Below, piece after piece: positions 10,736 to 21,400 of a stretch of DNA of 64,000 nt. Each line of letters opens with the position of its first letter. Position 1 is the first letter of the stretch. The notes below the pieces were generated by a model. It saw only the letters and a program-made list of their open reading frames with translations, was not told the origin of the DNA and did not search any database. The position numbers and the translations under genes are program-made. This stretch comes from Planktothrix sp. GU0601_MAG3 (GTDB taxonomy: Bacteria > Cyanobacteriota > Cyanobacteriia > Cyanobacteriales > Microcoleaceae). The stretch spans positions 640,001 to 704,000 of the forward strand of contig CP136572.1 of assembly GCA_035193785.1 (NCBI GenBank), given 5' to 3'.

Positions 10736-12115
10736 TATGGTGCTAGTCGAGCTTTTCCGAGTCGGGTTTGTTCGTACCATTTAGCAATTTCTGGAACCCA
10801 TTCTTGAGTATGGGGCCAAATTAAATCACAGAGTTTTTGAATTTCTAACTGGGCATCTTTTTTAAAGCGTAAATCCAGAAAATGTAATAGGGCTCTCAAG
10901 GTAAAACTGACTACAAAATGTTGACGATAATCAAAGGGAACTTTTCCCCGGGCGTGTTCTTCAGACATTCCATTATCAATATCAATTTTATAGCGTTTTG
11001 CCGCTTCTAAACACCAGTTTAAATCCTGTTGACGTTGTTCAGGAGAATAATAATATTTTTTGCCTTGGCGATCGCTATAATTTCCGACGGGTCTTAAATA
11101 AAACGCATCTTCAATATCCCTTTTTCCTTCGGCTACTTCTAATACTTTCCCTGAAGTATAACGGTAAGAGTTATGTACAACCACACCATTAGCAACAAAG
11201 TTATGGTGAGGATCAGCCATGACTAAATCATAAGTTGGCTCTATTCCCATATATTCAATTGAAACAATTTTAACGGGATGAGCGCATAACGGATTTTTCT
11301 GATCCTGTTTATGATGTCTGGTATGACAAGGCGAACACAGAAACTTCTAAGTTAGTTTGATCAAAAGCTAGTTCTGGATGCTGGGAAACTTCTAAAATAT
11401 GATCTGCATTTTCTAATGGTTGACCATTAACAAGCACCTCAGAGCCTACCCCAAGTTGAGCTAAAATCCGCCAACCATAAGGGGTTAAGATTTTATGGTT
11501 TTGAGTACATTTCAACTGTTTGCCATCGGCAAGGGTGACTTGATAAATGGGATTAAACCCATTAAAAACGATATCCTCAATATGATTATAAGTAAAGGTA
11601 TTATTCTCCTCATTTAAGCTACGAACCCGCATTTTTTTAATCCGGTTTTTACAATCCCGTCGATAGAAACCTGGGGGTTCATCATTTCTACCCTTGATCT
11701 TACGTTCTCGAATTGCTTGCTCTCCATGATGCCAGAGATCATAAAGTTCACCAATCGTTTTTTTTAATTTTTTAGAACTTTCACCGTTAATATTGACAAA
11801 AGTAATAACAACATCTGATGCCAGACACTGAACATCAAAACTAATGCCGACCCTGTGAGTTCTAGCTTGTTGCATAACACTATGGGGAAAATAACCGCAA
11901 CCCAAGACAATTTGACAGTGTTCTAAGGGCCCGTAATGTCCCCTTTCTCCCGCCAATAAACGCTTAACAATCACTTCCCCAGATTTTTCTTCCGACGGCC
12001 AAGATTCCCGTTCCTCTGGCACAAAAATATCCGTATAATCTTGGTGCATTGCCGCATAAATAACTTGCTGAGGACAGGGAGTTTTAGAAATAACTTCTAC
12101 ACGAAATCGATCCAT
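10735..12115 (-). CDS. thyX: FAD-dependent thymidylate synthase ThyX containing an intein (~459 aa precursor, ~240 aa extein); insertion at 11340-11344
   Basis: GHYGPLEH, QARTHRVGISFDVQ / SYRYT signature split by the intein, EHARG, FLDLR...AQLEIQ. Confidence 0.93.
11170..11827 (-). mobile_element. Intein (~219 aa) in ThyX with a truncated HNH endonuclease remnant
   Basis: Starts Q/CLASD, block B CTQNHKI, block F TYDL...HNFVANG, ends VVVHN/S. Repaired linker reads DHILEVSQHPELAFDQTNLEVLCSPCHTRHH. Confidence 0.92.
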
Positions 12116-12234
12116 TTTTGACTACAGCCAACTCAATTAAAAGTTTTAATATGTTTTTATCCTCTAACATTAAATCACTAAACGGATCAATTTGATATAT
12201 TTTATTTTAAGATTAATAACAGAATTCTTAAATT

Positions 12235-12808
12235 ATGCTTTCAGACAAATTTACCGCCGCCTTAGTTTACGCTACCGAACTCCACGCCAACCAAATTCGT
12301 AAGGGTTTCGGGAGTTCCCTATATTGCCCATCTGTTGGGAGTTGCCAGTATTGCCTTAGAATATGGGGCGAATGAGGATGAGGCGATCGCAGCCCTTTTA
12401 CACGATGCCATCGAAGATCAAGGAGGTGCTACCATTCGAGTAGAAATTCAACACCGATTTGGGGAAACCGTCGCTGCAATTGTTGAGGGTTGCACCGATA
12501 CCGATAGGACTCCCAAACCCCATTGGAAACAAAGAAAGGAAGATTATATCGCCCATATTCCCCTGGCTTCCCCCTCCGTGCGACGGGTTTCGGCGGCCGA
12601 TAAACTCTACAATGCCCAATCAATTGTAAAAGATTATCGTCAAGTCGGGGAAGATTTATGGGAGAGATTTACGGGTAGAAAAGAAGGAACCCTGTGGTAC
12701 TATCGATCCTTAGTCAATGCTTTCCGTCAAGTTGATTCCACTCCTTTAGTTGAAGAATTAGATAGGATCGTTTCCGAAATTGAACAGTTAGTAAAACAAA
12801 ATCCTTAA
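12235..12808 (+). CDS. HD-domain hydrolase (SpoT/Mesh1-like small alarmone hydrolase family); insertion at 12305-12309
   Basis: Repaired N-terminus H..QIRKGSGVPYIAHL, then AALLHDAIED and ADKLYN. Confidence 0.85.
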
Positions 12809-12867
12809 CTTCTCAAAAATTAGGTTTTTCAGTTTCCCTATTACTCCAATCATTTATCAGTCCATTG

Positions 12868-12895
12868 GTAATTCGTAATTCGTAATTCGTAATTA
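12868..12895. repeat. (GTAATTC)x4 heptamer repeat
   Basis: Read directly. Confidence 0.85.
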
Positions 12896-12929
12896 CCCTA
12901 AAAAACCATTCTATTTTAATGAATCTCTA

Positions 12930-14079
12930 ATGGCAACCGTTCGTTTAGAAAATATTACCCGCAGGTATAATACCGCGATCGCAATTGAAGATATTAATTT
13001 AGAAATTCCCGATGGACAATTCTGGGTATTAGTCGGGCCATCGGGTTGCGGAAAATCAACGGTTTTAAGAACCATTGCCGGGTTAGAAACCGTAACCAGT
13101 GGCAATGTTTATATTGATAATTTGTTAGTTAATGATATTCCAGCGCGTAAACGAGATGTGGCAATGGTCTTTCAAAACTATGCCCTGTATCCCCATCTTA
13201 GCGTGGCGGAAAATTTAGCCTTTGGCTTAAAAATGCGGGGAGTTGATACCGTTAAAACCCAAGAAATTATTCAAAAGGTTGCCCTATCTTTATCCATTGA
13301 ACATTTATTAAATCGTAAACCCAAACAACTGTCAGGCGGCCAACAACAGCGGGTTGCATTAGGACGGGCGATCGCCCGAGAACCGAAAGTATTTCTATTA
13401 GATGAACCTTTATCTAATTTAGATGCGCAACTGCGAGATGATACCCGGGCGGAAACTCAAACAACTCCATCAGCGCTTAGGAATTACCACTATTTATGTT
13501 ACCCATGATCAAATAGAAGCGATGACCTTAGCCGATAAAATTGTAATTCTTCATCAAGGAAAAATTCAACAAATTGGTGATCCGCAAACGGTTTATTCTC
13601 GTCCTAAAAATCGAATGGTTGCCACCTTTTTAGGCAATCCCCCCATGAATATTTTACCGATTACTTATGGAAATAGTTTATTTTGGATTGCAAATCAGTC
13701 CCTAACCTGTCCCCCGGCAATTCGAGAAAAATTACAACCCCAAGAGGGTCAGCAATTCGATTTAGGAATTCGTCCCGAACACATTCAAGTAGTAAGCCCT
13801 TCAGGGCTTCTTCCCAGATCCGATAAATTTGTTGATGATCTACAAGAAGATATTTGGGCGTTTGAAAAATTACCTCTGGAGGTAGAAATTAGCGTGGTCG
13901 AACCCCTGGGACGAGAAATATTAGTTCACGCCCATATCCCCCAAACCGATCAATATTCTATTCAATTTCAAGTTCCCACTAACTATCGGATTCATCCAGG
14001 CGATCGCCTGACGGTCAAACTCGATTTTAATCAGATTTTGATTTTTGATTCCACCACGGGTCAGACTCTCTACCCCTAA
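12930..14079 (+). CDS. Sugar ABC transporter ATP-binding subunit (MalK/UgpC family); insertion at 13452-13456
   Basis: [50 protein letters not shown]-terminal TOBE-like region. Confidence 0.9.
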
Positions 14080-14489
14080 ACTATTTGTGGGGTGCGTAGG
14101 GCGAAATTGCACGCACCACTAAACCTTTAATTTTGTATCTAAATGAACTGAAATTCTTGACAGATTATGGTTTTCGGATTACTCTAAAAATAGGCTTCTT
14201 AGCAGCAAGAAAAAACTCGAAAGTGATCCGCGATTCTGGCAATTTAAACCCAAAAATGAGTAAAGAAAGTTTAACTAATATTGACTTTTATTAAATTAGT
14301 GAAAATTTTTAAACTCTGAATAAAAAATATTTTATTTTCCTGATTCTGAATCATAATTAAAAATAAATCTTTAGTTTATACGAGCCGTAGGGTGTCCGGT
14401 GGGGGGATTGAAATTGTGAACCATTGGGTTGTTTCGTCCTCATCCTTTGCCCTACAGATCAGGAAAATTCCCCATCACCCCAAACCAAT

Positions 14490-15525
14490 ATGATGCTTTT
14501 AAATCAATTTGATCTTAAGCAAAATGAGTCTGGAATTAGGAGTCAGTACGATATTTTTCCGATTAGTTACTCGACCTTAGATGTCAGAGCATTAATCACT
14601 CAAATTTTAAATCACTATCCGATTGATACCGTTGAAAAATGCAAATTTTGGCATCGAGGATTAAGTGATGTTTATTCCGTAAAAACTCAAAAAACGCGCT
14701 ATTTTTTGAGAATTTCCCATCGACATTGGCGTTGTCAAGATGAAATTAATTTTGAAGTAGAATTGCTAGATTTTTTATATCAACATCAACTGCCCGTTGC
14801 CTATCCGATCAGGACAACAGATGGACAATTATTTCTGGAAATTAATGCTCCTGAAGGAAAACGATATGCGGTGTTATTTGTCAAGGCTCCGGGTCAAATT
14901 GCCCTCGGAGATTTGAATGTTAGCCAAAGTTTAAAGTTGGGTGAAACCGTTGCTAAAATTCATCAAGTTTCCTTGAATTTTAAACCCCCTGTTCAACGTC
15001 AATCTTTAACCTTAGATTATTTATTAGAGAGTTCCTTAGTGGCGATCGCACCCTATTTAAAAAATCGACCCCAGGATTTAAACTATTTAGTAGAAGTTGT
15101 GTTTCAACTGAAAACTCAATTACAAAACTTACCTAAAATTCCTCCCCTATGGGGAATTTGTTGGGGTGATCCCCATAGTGGAAATGCCCATTTCACCACC
15201 GATGATCAAATTACCCTCTTTGACTTTGATCAATGTGGATATGGGTGGCGCTCTTTTGATATTGCTAAGTTTTTACAAGTGTCCTTGCAGTCGGGACTAA
15301 GTAAAAAAGTTCGTGAGGCTTTTATACTCGGTTATGAAGAAATTAACCCCTTAATAGAAACTAGAAAAAAGCCTGATTCAAGAGTTAACCCAAACAGCCC
15401 ATATCTGGGCTTGGGCGATTAGTATTATTAACGCGGAGCAGTTTAATTATAGCCGTTTAGATTCCTGCTATTTTACTCGATATTTAGAACAGTTGAAACG
15501 CTTACATTCTCCAGACTGGCAATAA
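14490..15525 (+). CDS. APH/type II homoserine kinase-like phosphotransferase; insertion at 15357-15361
   Basis: Brenner-type CWGDPHSGN and TLFDFDQCG motifs. Confidence 0.8.
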
Positions 15526-15678
15526 AATTAGCTGACCATGTTCCTAAAATATCTAATTTTGATGCCACATCTCCTAAACGGAATTATCCTAAACCCAGTT
15601 CCGTTGCGGGCAAAGAATCAGAATACTTAGCATGAATTTGAGATGGTTTTGCATAAAACTAAATCCTATAAATTGTAC

Positions 15679-17570
15679 TTAAAATATGATTTTAGCTGCT
15701 TCTTTTATTCTAACAATCGGTTCAACGGAACGGGAAAGATTAGGCAAAATAATTAAAGTTTGATCGGGAAATTGATCCGTTACTAATTCCTGTCCCATTT
15801 GAAAGCGATTCTGAATAATATAGCGTTGACTAATGCCCTTTTCTTTTAAAGATTCCGTTAACCTTTTTGCTTCTGCTATAATCGCAACTTGTCCTTGAAT
15901 CACGCCAATAAATTCAGTATAATTAGGATCTTGCAATTTTTTCTGAGCTTTAACAACCCGTTGGCGTAAATTCCTTAAACGTCCCATAAATTCAGTTCTT
16001 CCTAACACATTCTGATATTTAATCCACAGTTTAAAAATCCATGCCAACCATTCACTCATCGCCGTTGGCATTTCTAAAAACCGTAATAAATGACCCGTAG
16101 GAGCCGTATCTAAAATAATTAAATCCAGTTCATTACTCTCCAATAAATCCATCACTTCTACTAAAGATAACATTTCATCAATTCCGGGTAAAGATTGGGA
16201 CACAATTCGCCGCCAAGCCTCCGGGCCATAAGCTAGTTTTAACATAGCGTTGGGATCATCTTTCTCTCCACTCATCATTTCTGCTAGTTCCCAAAGATAG
16301 TCCTCTCGAAACTGATTTAAAACCTGATCAGCATCTATTTCTTGACCGAATAAATTAGGCATAATTGCCATGGGTTCATGGCTTAATTTTAACCCAAAAG
16401 CATCTCCTAAAGAATGGGCAGGATCAATAGAAACCATCTGAATTTTTTTCTCGGAATATCGTTGAGCGATTTCCCAACCCACAGCAGCGGCAACAGTTGT
16501 TTTACCGACACCTCCTTTACCACCGACAATAATTAACCGTCTATTTTCCGCGATAAAATCACTTAATTTGGCTAGGGGGGTAGAAAATTCTAAGGGTTGA
16601 GAATAAACAAAAGTTTGTTCCTCTAAATCTGCCGATATTATTAAAGGTTTGAGTTGAAAAAATAGGGTTTCTAGGGCTATAGTTCCCAAGGGTTTTCTGT
16701 TGCAAGTTCGGGAATTGTAAAAATAGGATGATTTCCTGAAATATCCTGAAATTGTTTAAGAAGTTTCTGCTGTTCCTGATAGCGATCTAAATTTTTAGTT
16801 GGGGAAACAATATGATTAATTAATAAACCACCAACGGGAATATTTAAACCTTGGAGAGCCTCTAAAAAACGTTGGGTTTCTAGCCAACTCATGGGTTCGG
16901 GAATAGCCACCACAAAACAGGCGGTTTTTTCCTGATCTTGAAGTCGAGATCTTCCAGAAGCAAGTTCTTCCTGCATTTCCTCTAAAAAAACATCCGCTTG
17001 ATCCGATTGGTAACGGCCGGTAAAAGATTGACTAATGGTGCGGTGTTTTTCTTGAAATAAGGTTAGGGATGCTAATAAATTATCTAAAAAATCCATTAAT
17101 TCTAAAAGGTTTAACGCATGACCACTGGGAGCCATATCCACCACAACTCGATCCACAACTTGGTCATTAAATAACCGTTGAATTTCTAATAATCCCATCA
17201 ATTCATCAATTCCCGGCCAGTCTAAATCCCAAACTGGAGTTAAATCTTCCCCTTCGACAAAACTCCCCCGTTCTACTAACAATTCTAAAACCGTACCATA
17301 GCGATTTTTAAACGCCGTTAATAATTTTTCCGATTCTATAGCCCGAACTTTTAAATTAGGGAAATTTTCAATAACTTCTGCCTGATCAGTCACGGGAATT
17401 TGCAAAACATCTGCCAAGGAATGGGCGGGATCAGTGGAAATAAGTAAAACTTGTTCATTGGGAAATTGTTTCGCCCACTTGAGGGCAAACCCACAGGAAA
17501 GGGTGGTCTTTCCCACACCTCCTTTTCCACTCAATAAAGCTAGACTAAGAGTATTAGAATTAAACATCAA
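15679..17570 (-). CDS. Tandem (two-domain) ArsA/Get3-family ATPase, ~629 aa after removing the 2-bp insertion at 16692-16697
   Basis: Two GKGGVGKTT P-loops, two D-PAHSL motifs, DMAPSGH and DTAPTGH. Confidence 0.88.
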
Positions 17571-17684
17571 ATTTGTGATAAATTAACCGGAGTTTGCTAT
17601 ACTTATAATGTAGCCCTATACCAAAAGCCCCAAACCCATCGACCTAAACAGATTTAAGCCTTGAAACCCTTGGAATAGAATGGA

Positions 17685-17855
17685 TCAGTTGATTTCAAAT
17701 CTTCAGCCCTTGTGTCAGTTACCAAAGTGTTATAGCCCTTGTAGAAAGTCCCGCCCCCGATCTCCGATGGTCACAGGTTGAACGGTTGATCAGACAGACT
17801 AGACACTTGAGGCTCCCCCAACCATCTTAATCTCAAACCCTTTGAAATCAACTGA
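17685..17855. repeat. 171-bp segment bounded by a perfect 15-bp inverted repeat (possible MITE)
   Basis: TCAGTTGATTTCAAA (17685-17699) and TTTGAAATCAACTGA (17841-17855). Confidence 0.5.
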
Positions 17856-18055
17856 GAATTAAACTGTCACACCAACCAAGCATAAGGTCGTCGTAGATTT
17901 TAGATAATTAATAGAGTCACCAACGGGTTTCCAACCCCGGGGAACATACTGAATCAATGGATGAGTCTAAATAGGCAGTCAGAATTCAGTACCCCGCCTT
18001 TCCCTAGATCAAGCCGTCCATCACTAACCTAGAAATCAATTAGGAGCTAAATACT

Positions 18056-18313
18056 ATGTTGACCAACCCGAGAAAAAAATACACTTTGATCCTGGCATTA
18101 TCCTTAGCGGGCGTACTCAATGCTACCCCCGGTTTTGCCAATTCACAGGGGATAAGTTCTAATCCCTTGAGAGTTGAACCCTTGACTTCTGGTTCAATGC
18201 AGCCCCATACCCCCAATCACAAATCTATCTTGACTCACCCAGAACAAAGACGCACTTCTGAATGTTATGACAATGGTTTATGCTACAGAACCGAACAAAT
18301 TACACCAGAATAG
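18056..18313 (+). CDS. Small secreted hypothetical protein (85 aa)
   Basis: AGGAG RBS. Basic then hydrophobic signal peptide ending PGFA. C-terminal CYDNGLC. Confidence 0.65.
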   Translation: MLTNPRKKYTLILALSLAGVLNATPGFANSQGISSNPLRVEPLTSGSMQPHTPNHKSILTHPEQRRTSECYDNGLCYRTEQITPE

Positions 18314-18407
18314 GGTATGGCTTTGAGTTATGATGGGGAATTAAGGTTAAACAGCCGATTTCAAGATCAACCGTCGGATGATCGCCCCGTCAAGGAGATT
18401 CATAAAA

Positions 18408-21400
18408 ATGGCACTTTACCGCGTAAACGATACAATCAGCCATAATCATCAGCAAATTCATACCTTGGCCAGAGCAATAACGAAAATGCAGGGCAGTTTT
18501 TCGCTTTTGCTGTTGCGGTGTAATTATGAAAGTTTGCGGGAAAAAATGGTCGCCGAACTCAAACAAGAATGTTCCCTGACCTTCACAGAACTTAAGTTAG
18601 CTCCTGGGAGTCAAACCCTATATGGTTCAATTAAAGCCGAACTAGAGCCTAATTATCCCTCGGTTTTAATGGTTTATGGTTTAGAATCCGTTGTGGCGAT
18701 TGATGAACTCCTACACTCGGCTAATTTAGTTAGGGAGGCTTTTCGTAATTTTCCCTTTCCTTTGGTTTTATGGATTAATGATAAATTATGGAAAAAACTC
18801 AATCGTAATGCTCCCGATTTTACCAGTTGGGCAACAACCTATGAGTTTTTACTCAGTTCTGATGAATTAATTGAATTTTTAGAGGAAAAAGTTTCATCGG
18901 TTTTTACAACGGTTTTAGAAGCAGGTTCAGAACGATTTTTACCCACAACTAATATTTTAGGCCCAGAATCAGGAACCGAACTGCAAGCGGCCTATCAAGA
19001 TTTAAAAAGTCGAGAAGTTCCCATTGATCCGGTTTTAGAAGCGAAGTTAAAATGGGTTTATGGTCGCCATTTTTATGTGAATCAACAGGTAACTCTGGCG
19101 TTACAACAATATCAACAGGCTTTAAGATTTTGGCAACAACAATCACCACCGAACTCGGAAATTTCAGGTGTGAGTGGAAGTTCAGCGAGTTGCAAAGATA
19201 GTTCTAATTCTTTGTTATGGGAAGGATTAATATTATTTCATATTGGTTTGTGTTGGTGTTATTTAGCAGAACAACATCGTCACTCGAATAGTGAACGGGA
19301 ATGGAAACAAGCGGGTATGGCGTTTGGGCAGGCCATAGAAAGGTTTGAACTCGCCCAACGTCAAGATTTAGTGGCGAAGTTTCTCAATAAAATTGGAGAG
19401 GTTTTTATCCATTTAAAAGACTGGAAAAGTCTACGAGAATTAGCTTTAAAAGGTCGCAAATTACATCAGGAATTAGGGAATACTTTTCTGATTCCACTAG
19501 CTCAGGATTATGGATTTTTGGCGAATGTAGCTCTACAGGATCGGGACTGGCAAAATGCTAAGGAATTGGCTAATGTTGCCCGGGAAACTCTGATTTTAGT
19601 AGCCAAGGAAAATCCCGATAATCCCTGGATTGATCAATTAGAGAGTTTTTTCCTGTATTTGTTAGCCCAGGCCTTAGAAAAACAGGGATTGAAAAAGGAA
19701 GCAATTGAAAAATTAGAACGGGCAGCGGAGACGATTAAGAAGACCCTTTTAACCGTCAATTTGATTTGGTTATATTTGCAAATTTTGCAGATGTTAAACC
19801 GCCTTTATTTTGAATTGAAAGATTATCAAGAAGCCTTTAAAATTAAAGAAGAATATCGCAATCAATCGAGTGCCTACGGGTATAATGCCTTTGTGGGAGC
19901 CGGACGATTACAACCTCGCAAACAAGCTCTGACTTCTACTTTAGATCCAAGTGAAATTACCGCCAATTTTACCGATGAAATTACCGCTTCAGGACGGGAA
20001 GAAGCGATTAAACATCTGTTACAAAGAATGGCGAGTAGTCATCATAAATTAACGGTGATTTATGGTCAATCTGGGGTAGGAAAAAGCTCAATTTTAGGGG
20101 CTGGATTAGTTCCCGCCTTGCAACAAAAAATTATTGATGCGCGGATTAGCTTTCCGATTGTTATTAAAACCTATAATTGTTTTATCGTTGAGTTAGAACA
20201 AAAACTGATCGCGGATTTAGATGGATTGCACGGATTTCACGGATTATCTGTGCAATCTGCGGAGTCTCTGCAAATCGGGGTGAAAAATTTAGATGGTGAT
20301 TTGTATGCGGAAACTCACCGAAGAACCGGAAAATCAAGATTATACTGAGATTTTAGTCAGGGTAATTGAACAACTTAAGGAAAACGCTAGACAAAATTTA
20401 TTGACGGTTTTAATTTTTGATCAATTTGAAGAATTATTTTTTGTTCAGTCCCTAAGATTACAAAGGCTATTTTTTGAGTTTTTACAAGATGCCTTAAATT
20501 TACCCTTTGTAAAAATTGTTATTTCGTTGCGAGAAGATTACCTACACTATTTATTGGAAGGAACCCGTCAGGTTGATTTAGAAGCCATTAATAATGATAT
20601 TTTAAGTAAAGATATTATATTTTATTTAGGCAATTTTAGCAAAAAAGAAGCCTATAATGTGATCAAGAGTTTGACCGATCGTGTCCATTTTTATTTAGAA
20701 GATACCTTAATTCAAGCATTAGTTAAGGATTTGGCAGGAGAAGCTGGAGAAGTTCGTCCTATTGAATTACAAGTGGTCGGGACTCAATTACAAGCCGAGA
20801 ATATTACTACTTTAGAAAAATATCAAAAACAGGGCCCTAAACAAAAGTTAGTCGAACGGTTTTTAGAAGAAGTTATAGGGGATTGTGGCCCAGAAAACGA
20901 TGCCACGGCGCGGGTGGTTTTATATGCGTTAACCGATGAAAATGATACTCGCCCTTTAAAAACACGCCTGGAATTAGCCGAGGAGTTAAAACAAAAACTA
21001 CATCGAGAGCAGGTTCTCGGCCCGTTAGATATTATTCTTTATATTTTAGAAAAGTCTGGGTTAGTCTATCGAGATATTGGAGCTACGGGAGAATTTTATC
21101 AATTAGTACATGATTATTTGGCGGGATTTATTCGCCGACAAAATAGAAACGAACAGGAAGAAGTTATCACGAAACTGCAAAAGGAAAAAGCCCAACTGAT
21201 TCGAGAAAAAGAAATAGGCAAAAAACTCTCAGAGGAACAGGAAAAACGCCACCAAGCCGAAGCAAAAAACCGTCGTTTAGAACGATTAATGGGATTGATT
21301 CTGGGGACGGTTGTAATTGGTTTTGCTACGACCCTTTATATCAATGGGCAGAATGAAATTAAAGCTAGAGTCCAAGCCTTAACTTCCGCTAAAAATGCCC

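Noticed and set aside
10559..10780. 73 aa ORF with PITHYPL repeats
   Set aside because: Translation of the GGGTAAT heptamer array; no evidence of coding
15679..17570. Two separate ArsA genes or an arsenic resistance operon
   Set aside because: They join into one frame after removing two bases at GTTTTC; no ars partners or Cys ligands
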